Of a stretch of 34,646 nucleotides of DNA, positions 11,588 to 29,617 are shown piece after piece. Numbering within the stretch: position 1 is the first letter of the stretch; each line of letters begins with the position of its first letter. The notes below the pieces were generated by a model. It searched no databases and was not told where the DNA came from. It saw only the letters and a list, made by a program, of their open reading frames with translations. Made by a program: the position numbers and the translations under genes. This DNA is from Ministeria vibrans ATCC 50519 (lineage: Eukaryota > Protista > Filasterea), in contig CALSCP010000238.1 in assembly GCA_943704425.1 (NCBI GenBank), forward strand, positions 1-34,646, written 5' to 3'.

Positions 11588-12475
11588 ATGGCCAATCGCA
11601 AAGGACGACTTGCCAAGGAGTCAACGGTGTTTCTGTTGTGTGATTTGCAAGATCGCTTTCGTGAGTCCATTCCGCTCTTCAAGGATATCCTCCAAACCGC
11701 CGGTAAGCGTCTCCTGCCTCTCTTTCTCTCTCCCCCTCTTCCTATGTCACTTTTGAAGAGAAATACGTTAAAGAATTCAGGCGCACGCAGCAGGATAGGC
11801 CGCCAGCCTCTCATTCTCTCTTCCTGACGTTGGACAACACAAACAAATCGTCACACACTTTTCCCTTTCGATCTTAGGCCATATGATCCAAGGCGGGCGG
11901 TTGCTGGGCATTCCGACGGCTGTGACCGAACAGTATCCGAAGGGTCTTGGCAAGACTGCGTCCGAACTCGATCTTTCTGGCTTGCGAGTGTTTGAGAAGA
12001 CTCGCTTTTCCATGAGCGAAGCTGTCTTCGAATTTCTGCTGACAAGTCAATGCCGCTCGGTGGTCCTGTTCGGCATTGAGGTACAATGAGAGCGGGTGTG
12101 TGTGACCCCCAGCCATCCCCACGCTGACCCTTGCGCATCGTCAATTCAGGCACACATCTGTGTGCAGCAGACGGCGCTCGATCTGCTGAGCCAGGGCTAC
12201 GAAGTGCACGTCCTTGCAGACGGCGTTGCATCCCGCCGCGATCTTCACTGTCAGACAGCACTGCAGCGAATCCGTGATGCAGGTGGTCTTATCACTAGTG
12301 GCGAAGCGGTGCTCTTTGAGTTGATGGGCTGCAAAGAATGTCCCGTAAGTCAACTCTAGCTCGCTAGCCAAACCCCCGTTGTGTGTGGGTTGTTTAATTT
12401 TATGTATTATTGTACTAATGAAATATTGAACAATTTTTGTAGCAATTCAAGGAAATTTCCCAAATGATCCGCTAA
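11588..12475 (+). CDS. ISOC2: Isochorismatase domain-containing protein (ISOC1/2-like), exons 11588-11702, 11878-12080, 12150-12344, 12443-12475; 181 aa
   Basis: FLLCDLQDRFR, VTEQYPKGLGKT, EKTRFSM, VVLFGIEAHICVQQTALDLL, VHVLADGVASR, C-terminal PQFKEISQMIR. Confidence 0.92.
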
Positions 12476-12560
12476 CGAGAGCCCGACAAGAGTGCAAGAG
12501 CAGAGAGGGGCATAAACATTGTGAAATGTATGTTATGAGAGGACGAGAAAAATGAAATAA

Positions 12561-12591
<31 letters not shown>

Positions 12592-12628
12592 TAATTAATT
12601 ACGTCTTATGATTATTATTATTATCATG

Positions 12629-12716
<88 letters not shown>

Positions 12717-12741
12717 TTTTCTCTATTTATTTTNNNNNNNN

Positions 12742-12828
<87 letters not shown>

Positions 12829-12850
12829 TTTTCTCTATTTATTTTTCTTA
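12561..12850. repeat. (ATT)n microsatellite between converging 3' ends, with an 8-N gap (12734-12741)
   Basis: Direct observation. The flank 'attttttctctatttattt' occurs on both sides of the gap. Confidence 0.95.
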
Positions 12851-12878
12851 TTATGGATAATATTATATTTAATACAAA

Positions 12879-14897
<2,019 letters not shown>

Positions 14898-14997
14898 GTT
14901 GAAAAAGGATAGAACGTAAACACAACTGTTTAATTATAAAAATTAATACTACTTAATACGCCACTTCACTCGTTCACTTTTTGTTTCATTGTTGGCC

Positions 14998-18263
<3,266 letters not shown>

Positions 18264-18323
18264 TCATCGTAATATGTTTTAAAAGAATCCAAAAAGGAGG
18301 AGAGTATATAAGAGGGGGGGTAT

Positions 18324-20642
18324 TTACAATGTCAGATTGGTAAAAGGAACATTGACACTGGCCATGAGGCTCAAGTAATGCTCGAGCTCTTCTCCAGGGG
18401 TCACAAGAGTGAGACAAGTGCCGGAAGAGCCCATGCGACCCACACGCCCACTGATGTGCAGATACTCGCCGGGCGTGGCTGGCGGGTAGAGCAGCGTGAC
18501 GGCACGCAGACCTGGAAAGTCGAGGCCGCGCGCAGTCGCTGTGGTGGCGAGCATCATGTCAACGTGGCCCGTCGCGAGTCGAGACATGAATGTCGCACGT
18601 TGTGTCGCGTCAAAGCTGTGTGTGTGTTGATGCAACGAGTACGCGTTGACGTTTTTCTGGCGCAACCACGCCTCAAAGTTGGAGACTCGCGCATGAGGAT
18701 GTACAAAGACAAGCGAGCCAGTGGCGGGTGACAGGGTGCGCGACAGGCGGATCAGTGCATCACCCTTCTCCTCCTCGGCGCACATGTAGTACACATGTTT
18801 GATCGTCGACGGAATGCGCTGTGCATTGCCCACTTGCAGTAAAAGCGGTCTAAGAAAAAGAAAAATGAAAAATGAGATGCACCTAAGATAAACCGAACAA
18901 CGTCTTTGTCTTTATCGTACTTGCGTGGACGAGGAAGCACTTCAATGGCAAGACGGAGACGTTCGTGGCAGGTGGCAGAGGCAAAGATGAAACGGGTCTT
19001 CTTGCAGGTGTCGACGAGACGAGCAACGAGCATGGCACCATCAGGCGGGTGACGGGCGCGGTTGAGACGCAGCTTGAGAGGCAGGTCACGTGGCATGGGC
19101 TCGAGAACACGATCGCACTCGTCGACGACGACATACTGGAGACGGTCGGCGAGCATGCGTGCAAAGGAACCCTGTTCTAGAAGTGTGCGCATGATGATTT
19201 CGCCCCGTTTGGGAGTGGTAATGATGACAGAGGGACGCGGACGACGGTCGCGCATCATGGTGATCTGGGTGGCCAGATCGTGTCCACCCACAAGCGTCAC
19301 TACGCGCTGGTGGAACGACTCGGGTGTAATGTTGAGCAGGTCAAAAACAACTGCGGTCAGTTGCGTGGCCAGTTCGCGCGTGGGCACAATGAAGATGGAT
19401 GCCATGGGTCCCCGACGGATCGCCTGGAGCACCGGTAGCACAAAAGCAAGAGTCTTTCCACTTCCAGTCTGAAATGAAAAAAAGAGATGTAAAAAAAAAG
19501 AATAAAAATAAAAAAGAGAGAGAGCGACCGACCACACACAGACACTCTGTACCTCTGACTCGATAATGAGATCGTCCTTGGAAGTTTGAAACGCTTTGAG
19601 TGACATTACTTGCACAGGCGATGGTTTGACGCAACCGATGTGGTGAAGGCGCTCCACCAGCGTCGAACGTACTTTGAGGTCAGCAAACGAAACCTGTGTC
19701 AAGATGAACGAAGCGTTATTAATTGTTGTTTTTCGCGAATGGAATAAAAATATATCATAAATAAAATTCTACCTGACATGTGTCGTCCGTGTCGGTGGGA
19801 ACTGTGCCCTCTGGTCCGGGCTTGAGTGCTGGCACGCCACGATCCATACGTTCGTCAGCGTCAAACGGCAACTCGGATGGCTTACTACTCCGCTGGGACT
19901 CTCGCCGCCGTTGATCTGGGAGTGTTGAGCGCCAATTTGAGGCTGGTCCATCATTGCGTGACTCGCGGCCGCGGTGGCGCTCGACCTCGGCCTCATCTGT
20001 CGTTGCTTGACGACTTGTTTCGCCTGCAACAAAGGCTCGACTGCCGCGCATCCGAAGACCTGCGACCTTCGGCTGTTGGATGTCTTCGCGGTTCTGCTCC
20101 TGTCGGCGCACGTGTGCGTGACCATCTTTGCCCTTGTCGGCTGTCGGTGAGCTTGATGGACGAACGCCGTCAAGTGACCTACGCGCGAAATTCGACGACG
20201 ACGACGACGCTGCTGCTGACGATGGCGCATGTTGATCGTCGCGTGCGCGTCTGTCAAATGGCCTTCGCTCGTCGCGTCGCGTCTCCTGTCGCGGCGTCGA
20301 TCCCTTAGACGGCTTGCCTGTGTCCTTGGTGGCCACGGGCGCGGTGGTAGGGTTCGAGAGGCCGCCGTGTCGCTCCCAACGACTGGATGGCGTCCGCACT
20401 GTCTTCGCACCCGCTTTGGCACGTAGCACGGCGGATCGCTTGGGAATATGTCCCAGCGGTATGGAGACAACCTTCTCTTGTTCTCCACGTCGACCATACC
20501 GTGTTGCGCGAGGATTCATTCGCGGAGGCGCTGATGCTGAGGACAACGCCGACTTGGAAAGCGTCGCCAAACGATAAGGCGAGTCACGACCTACGCCCAC
20601 CAGTCGTGAGCTCCACACCCCAAAACGACATATCCTCAACAT
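18324..20642 (-). CDS. DEAD-box RNA helicase (DECD variant) with long basic N-terminal extension, possibly mitochondrial; exons 20642-19773, 19693-19553, 19468-18883, 18832-18324; ~701 aa
   Basis: Q motif (FADL...PSPVQ), SETGSGKT, PTRELATQ, GG, VVVDECD, SAT, LVFV, ARGLDF, HISGRVGR. The Arg/Ser-rich, nearly acid-free N-terminus (MLRICRFGVWSSRL) looks like a presequence. Confidence 0.88.
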
Positions 20643-21314
20643 GCGCTGACACACACACACACAAAGAAAAAAAAAAAGAATGCGATTGTTCATTGTTGAC
20701 TTTGTATTGTTAAAATTGTTTTTAATCAAACTTGAAACTGCATTTACTAAAAAGTGAAAACACTTTATTTCTCATCCTCGCTTCAGATCGTTGTCACGCA
20801 TACTTCTGCTGGACACAGACTAAAATGGGGAAAGGATTGGCCGACAAGTTCGGAGGTATCAATCGAAAAAAAACAATTGGCTAAAAATAAGTATCGCTCG
20901 CCTAAACGCCAGCGAACAGCGCCCCACACCGCTGGGGTGCTATTGTTTCATTCCGTGCTCAAAGCCTCCAAGTCAAATCTAGCGCCACCATGCCCAGCTT
21001 GCGTCTACCAGGGCGTGGCGTCGTTTTTTTAATATTCTCCTGTTTGATCGTCAACAGCCCCTTCGCTCGCTGTATTTCGCTTCTGTTTGCACCCAGTAGG
21101 CGCACACTTAGTGTCCCACATGTACTTCAGCAACTCCCAGCCGCTCCTATGTCCATTGAGGTTTATCATTTGTTTTTTTTTTTCCTGTCGTCTTTCCTGC
21201 CCCCTCCCGCGCTTTCTCGCGCCGCTGTGCCTCTATCGGCCGCGTGTGGCGCCTTACCGCACGGGGTTGCGGTCGTCCCGCGCGGGGTGTCGTCCATCCG
21301 GCCCCTTGTGGCGC

Positions 21315-22297
21315 ATGGTGCCAACCAACTTTGGTTCGGTTCTTTTTCGGCGTCCCCTTCCCGGCGTTTTCACGCCCTCTTCGCTCCCCTCTCTCCCTCT
21401 CTCCCTTGCTCTTCCCTTACGCTCCCTTCGACCTGTCCCACTGACACTACTCTCCACCTTTTCTTCTTCTCTCTCTCTTTTCTCATTTTTCGTTGTCCTT
21501 TTTTTCGGTTTTGTCTTTTTTTTTTCTTTTTGTTGTCCTTCTCTCACTACTCGCTCTTTCCTTTGATGTTGCAGTCAAAGGCGTCGAAGATGGCGTCGAA
21601 GATATGACAACGGTTGATAACATCGACGAGGATGGCATCAACGTCAATCTTAAAGTCCGTTACCTGCAAGACAAGATTTACGTACGATAAGCCAAGAAAA
21701 AAAAAAAAAGCAAGAAACCAAACTTCAACTCTGGAGGAAAACTTCCAAAGAACCGCCCTATTGCTGTTTCGCTATCCGCTCCTATTGGTCGCTTCTATTC
21801 CATTCTTGCGCTCGCTAATGTGCGATATGTTTGCGATCGGTCACAGTTTGGTTATTGACAAGAAAAAAAAAAGTTGCATCGCATTTTTTGACCTTGGCTT
21901 TACGCGATTTCTCGCTCAATTTGCCTCATTACACCGATTCCATTGTGCTCCTTATGGTGTCTTTTGACCCATGGTTCGTACAAGTTCACACAGTGAAGCT
22001 ATTTTTCCGATTGCTTTTTTGACGAAACGCACAAAAACATCCATGTTTGGGTCAAACATCCCGTTTGTTGACGAGCAGATGAAAATATCACACGACACCA
22101 GACGAGCGACCGTATAGAAGAATCTCATCTCATTTTTTGTTCTTTACTCTTTAGACGTACACTGGCACCATTTTGGTCGCTGTGAATCCGTTCAAGTTTC
22201 TTAAGGGTGTCTTTGAGAACGTACGTAATGCATATGGATACAAAAGGACTCCCGTCTCTCTTTCTCTATCTCTTTCTGTCTATCACTTAGTTTCTCC

Positions 22298-22374
<77 letters not shown>

Positions 22375-25300
22375 ATTACCTTTTTACCTTTTCTCTCTCC
22401 CTCACTTCTCTTTTTTCATTTTTTTTTGTTTAGGATATTGTCAAGCGCTACAGTGGCGCCAAGATTGGCTCATTGCCCCCACACATCTATGCGACTGCTG
22501 AAGGCACGTACAATGCCATCCGCAACGACGCGCAGAACCAGTCTGTCATCATTTCCGGCGAGTCGGGCGCCGGCAAGACCGAGTCCACCAAGCTCATCCT
22601 ACAGTACCTCACGGCCGTCACGCAGAACCCCCAGTGGATCGAACAGCAAATCATGGAGGCGAACACACTCCTTGAGGCGTTTGGCAATGCCAAGACGGTC
22701 CGCAACAACAACTCGTCACGCTTCGGCAAGTTCACCCAAGTGTGCTTCAACGAGGCCCTTCACATCAAGGGCTGTATCATCGAGGACTATCTTCTCGAAC
22801 AAGTCCGTGTCGTCTCCCAAATGGAAGAAGAGCGCAACTACCATTGCTTCTACCAGATTTGCGAAGGCGCCAAAAACTCGGCCGACGACCGCGGTAACAA
22901 AAAACATCATGAACGTGGTTTGATTTTATGACTGATTGATTTTTTTTTGTTTTGTAGAGCGATACATGGTCAACCCTGCAAACTCGTACCATTACCTGTC
23001 GCAAAGCGGGTGTGTGGCACTCAAGGACATGGACGACGGCAAGGAATACGACGCCGTCAAGCTCGCCATGACCGTGCTCAACATGGCGCCCGAGAACATC
23101 GACTCGCTCTTTTGCGTCCTCTCGGCCATCCTTCACATTGGCAACCTCAAATTCGCCGACAAGGGCGGTGGTGAAGAGACTGAGCTCACCTCCAACGATC
23201 GTGACATCTTGTCCAAGGTCTCGCAGCTTCTGCAGGCATCTGAGTCGGACCTCCACAAGGCGTTCACCTACCGTATCATTGAGGTGCGTGGCTCCGTCAC
23301 CGAGATTCCCCTGAAGCCCAAGCAGGCCACGGACAACCGCGACGCTGCTGCCAAGGCTATCTACTCGCGCATGTTCACCTGGATTGTCCACCACATCAAC
23401 AAGTGCACCAACCCCGGCACCCAAGTCCATCGCTTCATCGGTGTCCTCGACATTTTCGGCTTTGAGAACTTCAAGGTCAACTCCTTCGAGCAGCTCTGTA
23501 TCAACTTCACCAACGAGAAGCTCCACAAGTTCTTCAACCACTACGTCTTCTCCATGGAACAGGTAACAAAAACAATACTTGCTCGACTCAGAAAAAGTAG
23601 AAACCGAAAAAAAAAATTCATTTGAAATTTGTTTTGTAGATGATGTACCAGGAAGAAGGCATCAACGTCGAGAAGATCAAATGGGTCGACAACCAGGCGT
23701 GTCTCGACACGATTGAGAAGCCGCCCAACTGCGTGCTCAAGCTGCTCGACGACGAGTGCAAGTTTCCCAAGGGAACCGACAAGGGCTTCCTCGAGAAAAT
23801 GCACAAGGGACTCGAGGGCGCTCCCCATTACGAGATGCCCCCAAAGCAGCAACAGGACCAGATCTTCGGTATTGGTCACTACGCCGGCATCGTCTACTAC
23901 AGTATCGACGAGTTCCTCGACAAGAACAAGGACGTGCAGCAGACGCAAATCTTTGACCTCATGGAGAAGAGCTCTGACGGCTTCGTCAAGGCCATCTGCA
24001 AGTACCGCGAGCTTTCTGCCATGATCAAGATGACCAAGCCCGTCAAGCCTGGCACCAAGCCCACCGTCGGCTCGGCCTTCCGCGATCAGCTTGGAACACT
24101 CGTCGAGACTCTCTCCCACACCGACCCGTGGTACGTCCGTTGCATCAAGGTAAAAAAAAAAAAAAACGAAGAAGAAGAAAAAGTTTTTTACATTTTTAAC
24201 ACGAACACATCTGCTTCTCGTTATAGCCCAACTCGACCAAAGTTGCGGGCGACTACGACAACGACATGGTACTCGATCAGCTGCGTTACTCTGGTATGTT
24301 GGACATTATTCGCATCCGTAAGATGGGCTACCCCGTCAAGCTGTCGTGCGAAGTGTTCTGCATGAAATTCCGCTGCCTTGTCAAGCCCAGCCTGCTCATT
24401 GCCGGCGAAGACCAAGAGACACACAACGCCAACGTCACTACCATTTGCCAGACGCTCAAGCTTGACCCGGACATGTGGCAGGTGGGCCACACCAAGGTGT
24501 TCTTCAAGCAGAAGACGTACGACCCGCTCGAGGACATGCGTCGTCAGATGCTTGACAAGTACGCCGTCGCCATTCAGCGCGTCTACAAGGGTTTCATCGC
24601 CCGCAAGCACTACCGCCGCATTCTCCACGCGACGCTTACTATCCAGCGTACCACACGTGGCATGCTGCAACGCATCCGCTACCTCCGCACGCGTCGCGCC
24701 GTCATCACCATTCAGTCGTACATTCGCGGTTGGTTCGCGCGCGATCTCGTCAAGTACATGAAGAAGAAGGCCAAGGAAAAGAACGACAAGAAGAAGAAGA
24801 AGCACGATGAGGACGCGAAGAAGGAGGCGCAGCTCAAGAACATGGCTGCCGCAGCGTCCGCCAAGACCAAGGTGACTGCCGATCAGAAGGGCGGCGGCGA
24901 CGTCGACGTCGACAACATCTTCGGCTTCCTCAACGTCAACGAGAAGGACTCGGCATTCGCATCCAAGCTCAACGACGAACTCGACCAGATCTTCAAGGAC
25001 GACGGCGGTGGCCCCGAGACGGACGCCATGAAGCGCAACAACGAGCGCATGGCGCAACGCTACCGCGAGTACGAGTCGGTGCCCGAGGAGCCCATCGCCG
25101 GCGGTGACCCCACGCTCATTGCGTACGCCGAGAAGCACATGCGTCAGCACCCCAAGGACCCCGGTATGAAGGCGACTCTGTCCTTCTCCAAGTACAAGGG
25201 CGTCAAGCTGCTTTCCTTCCAGGAGATGCTCCAGTGGAACAAGAGCGTGTCACTGCCGTTTGCCCTCACCAAGATTGAGGACCACGACAACAACACGACG

Positions 25301-28300
25301 GCCATCAACCTGTACAAGGACATTTGCAAGTATGTCCGTGGCGAGCTCAAGGGCGACCAGGAGAACAAGGTGATCCAGAGCCTCGTGCTGCTGGGTCTGG
25401 CGCGCCCCGAGATGCGCGACGAGGTCTTCATTCAGTGTGTCAAGCAGATTAATGGCAACAAGGACGAGCACGCTCTGCGCGCGTGGGAGCTCATGTCGTT
25501 TGCGTGCGTCGCATTCCCTTGCTCGCCGTCCCTCTACAAGCACATGCAGGCGTACTTCCAGCAGAAGGCGCTCGCGAACAACGAACAGTCGAAGCGCGCC
25601 AAGTGGAACTTTACCACGTTGAAGCGCACCAAGATGAACGGTGTGCGCAAGAAGCCCCCGAGCCAGCTCGAGATCGATGCCATTCGCGGCATGCGACCCA
25701 TTGTGTGTCGTTTCTACTTCCTCGACGGCAAGGCCAAGGCTATTGGCGTCGACCCAAGCGCCACGGCGCAGGACTGTCTCGAGGAGCTCGCCGACAAGAT
25801 TGACCTCGACCGCATCGAGGGCTGGTCCCTGTACGAGCGCTACCCCGACTTTGAGCGCGCCATCCGCACCGTCGAGTACGTCTGCGATATTCTCGCCACG
25901 TGGGAGGAGCGCGAGTCCGAGTCGCTCAAGCCCACCGAGTACAAGACGATACGTCGACGCCCCAGCTCCTCGGGCAAGGACAGCAAGGACGCGCCGCAGT
26001 TCACGTCGGCCATTGGTGCGGGCGCCGCCAAGTTTGTCTTCCGCAAGCGTCTCTTCAAGAACCCGCGCGAGATTCCGTCCGACCCCGTCGAGTACCATCT
26101 CACTTACTGCCAGGCCGTCTACTCGGTGCTCGCCGACGAGTTCCCTGTCACCGAGAAGGTCGCGCTGCAGCTCGCCGGTCTCCAAGGTCAGGTGCTCTTT
26201 GGCGAGTATGAGGACGGCAAGATGAACCGCTACGACGACCTCGAGCAGTTCTTGCCGGCACGCATCATCAACAACCGTGGCATTGTGCCGCCGCGCTCGC
26301 GCGAGGGCTGGAAGATGGAGATTGCGGATGCTCACGCCAAGTTTGGCACCGATAAGACGGACATGCAGTCCAAGGTGCTCTACTTGACGGCCGTCAAGCA
26401 GTACCCGCAGTATGGCACCACCTTCTATCCGTGCACTTACAAGGGATTCTGGTCGCACCCCAACAAGGTGTTCCTTGCCATCGACAAGGACGGCTTTGCC
26501 TTTGTGTCGGCCAAGACGCGTGTCACTCTACAGACCTTCACGTACGCCCAGCTCCAGCACATGGAAGTGGACATGGCCGAGGACACCATTACGCTGTCGA
26601 TGAAGCCAACAAAGCGCTCCGACGGCAAGGGCGAGGAGCAGCAGCACTTTACGTTCCAGACGTCGCAAAAGGAGGACATCGCACTGCTCATTGCAAGCTA
26701 TTCGCCAGTTCACCGCAACTGGAGCCAGGCCGAGGTGGTTAAGGCCAAGGACGTGCACACGGACGACTACGACAAGGCGAAGCTGTACGAGGAGGTGTGG
26801 GAGGCGCGCAAGCGTGTCACCAAGGAGGTGCCTTTGCGCAAACCTGACTCGGGCAAGAGCTCGTCGTTTGTCGCGGCAACGCTGCGTCGCATGCCTTCGT
26901 CCAAGAAGATGGACAATGTCAAGAAAAAGCGTGACGACGAGTACGAGAAGACCTGGCCCAAGTCGTGGTGGTCGTACAGCAAGAACAAGCTGACGCACTC
27001 GCTGACGGTGCTTGAGAACGACGACGAGGACATTGCTCTCAAGATGTTCATGTCCATTCTCATTTTCGGCGGTATGTCTCAGTCGGGTGGTTTCGAGGCC
27101 GACGAGGACCCCGAGCGCACCACCATGGTCCAAATGGTCATTGCCAAGTGTCTCGAGAAGGATTCGCTCGCCAACGAGTTCTACCTCCAGCTTATCAAGC
27201 AGACAATGGACCACCCCGATCCCAACAGCAAGGTAAATACTGAAAACAAAATTAATAATAATAATAATTATTATTTTTTTATTGTTGTTATTTTTCTTGT
27301 AACTCACGCTTTTTTTTTCTTCTTTTTTTCGCTTACTTAGGTCAACTTGCAGTATTGGCGCTTTCTGGGGCTCACGGCGGCGATTCTGGCGCCGCGAAGT
27401 GATGCAATTTTGGAGTACGCGAGAGCACATCTCAAGCGATCGGCCATCAGCTCACAGAGCGAGGAGAGCCGCCACGCTCAGTTTGTGCAGTCGACACTGT
27501 CGCGCACCATCGAGAACAAGAACCGCAAGTACCCGCCGTCGCGCAACGAAATTGTCTGTGTTTGCAATCGCAAGGCGATTCACGCACGCTTTCACTTCCT
27601 CGATGGTCAGTTCCGTGCGCTCTCCTTCGACTCGGCGGCCACTACTCAAGAGGTTGTTGATATGATCAAGGACCGCATTGGGCTGCGCAAGGACGTGCAG
27701 GGCTTCTCGCTTTTCGAGGTGTTTGGCTCGCTCGAGCGAAACATGCTTGCAAGCGAGAAGGTTGCCGACGCCATCTTCAAGTGGGAGAAGTACGCCAAGA
27801 GTACCAACTCAACCAAACAGCTGCGCCTCACCTTTAAGCAGCGTCTCTTCCTGGGACCTTTCATTACGCCCAAGGACAGCGTTGAGTTCAACCTGGTCTT
27901 CCACCAGTGCATTGACGATGTGGTCAACGACCGTCACCCGCTGAGCCACAAGGACGCCGTGCATCTCGCCGGTCTGCGTGCCCAGGTCGAGATGGGCGAC
28001 TTTGAGGGCAACGACCCGGCCAAGTACAACTTTATTGTTGAGAAGTACGTGCCCAAGGGCATGCGTGGCACCAGTGGCATTGCTGATGAGATTGCTAAGG
28101 AGCACGAGCGAGTAAGATGATGATGATGTTGTTGCTGTTGCGTACTTGTGTCCCTGGTGACTGATTTTTTTTTTTTTTTGTTACGTTTACTTTTAGTTGA
28201 TGGGAATGGAGAAGGATGAGTGCAACCTCAAGTACCTCGAGTGGTGCCGCAGCTGGAGTCTGTCGGGCTCCACAGTGTTCGAAGTGCTTCAGTCGTACAC

Positions 28301-28728
28301 ATCGTCGCTCCCCAAGAACCTCTGGCTCGCCGTTAACGAGCACGGCATCCACATTCTCAAGCGCAAGGAGAAGGTGAGGAGTTTAAAAATAATTATTATA
28401 ATTATATTATATTAATATTAATCCTCCGATCTCTTTTTTAAGGTGCCTCTTGTCACCTACAACTACCGCAACATTGTCAACTACTCGCCGTCGCTGCGCA
28501 ACCTCATGATTGTCACCGAGTCGCTCACGCGTGGCACCAAGTTTGTCTTCAACACGTCGCAGGTACACACATTTTATTTACTTGTGTTGTTTGCAAACCT
28601 TTTCCCTTCTAACACTCTTTCCATTTTCTTCTATTTTTCTTCTATAGGCATCTCAAATTGCCCATCTGATCCGCGACTACACGCACATTATTGTGCAGCG
28701 CCAGAAGAAGGCTCTGGAGAAGAAGTAG
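21315..28728 (+). CDS. Unconventional myosin with ~3 IQ motifs and two MyTH4-FERM modules (class XXII/VII-like); exons (21315-21333 tentative), 21575-21681, 22155-22220, 22434-22893, 22958-23562, 23640-24149, 24227-27232, 27341-28111, 28197-28373, 28443-28562, 28648-28728; ~1970 aa
   Basis: [67 protein letters not shown]; IQ motifs IQRVYKG, IQRTTRG, IQSYIRG; MyTH4 [11 protein letters not shown] and [10 protein letters not shown]; two FERM domains. The first exon is uncertain. Confidence 0.95.
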
Positions 28729-29107
28729 AGCCTCACTGCGTTTTCTTTTTTTTTGACCCTCTCTTTGTGTGTGTGTGTTTGTCATCTGTTTGTCTGTGTG
28801 AGAGAGAGTGCGGACTCCCAATAAAACGTCTTTCGCTTATTATCAATAAGAATGCAGAGCGCAACGTCCCACGTTGAGGTTTTTGTAGCACAGTAATAGA
28901 GAAAAAATTACGTCTTGTTTAATTACCAACATAGTTACATAAAATAACTTCAATTCAATTTATTCAGTTCAAATTTGAAATTTCAATAAAGTCAAGTTTT
29001 TTTGACAACCAGGCATACATCCAGTTGGCAGATATTGAATGTTGCGACTTGCTGCGGTGTAGGAAAGGAGAGAGGGAGAGTTTGATTTGGATTTGAGAGA
29101 TTCTGAA

Positions 29108-29263
29108 ATGTTCGCACTGTGTGCACCACTCTGTAGCATCACGACACAAAGAGGCCTTGGGTCGATGCCGGCACGGTTACGAGGCATGTCGACCAAGGTT
29201 GATATGGCTTTGGTGAGCCGTCTTCGAAAAGTACGATATAAGGGCGGCGAAGACGTGAAGGAT

Positions 29264-29304
<41 letters not shown>

Positions 29305-29542
29305 GGGTCATCACTCACTCACCACGCGATTTTCAAAGGAGACCGGTATTGGCATGGGAATTTGCCGCCAGGCTGTCAGTGAGAGCAACAATTCGTACGA
29401 CGACTCGTTCGCCTGGCTCAAAAAGAAGCAAATCGAGCTTGGTACGTCTGTATCGTTTTTTTTTTTTTCCCTCGTTCGACGTCGCAGCAGATGCATCGAT
29501 ACATGTTGTGTATGAGCATTCGCGAGAATGTGTGTGTGTGTG

Positions 29543-29617
<75 letters not shown>

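Noticed and set aside
20990-21607. 205-aa ORF with strong Kozak context upstream of the myosin
   Set aside because: Pyrimidine-tract, low-complexity translation that is out of frame with the motor; probably 5'UTR/intron or a uORF.
22777-27430. Long antisense ORFs (254, 192, 309, 402, 300 aa) opposite the myosin
   Set aside because: Shadow ORFs produced by strong C/G third-position bias of the sense gene; no motifs.
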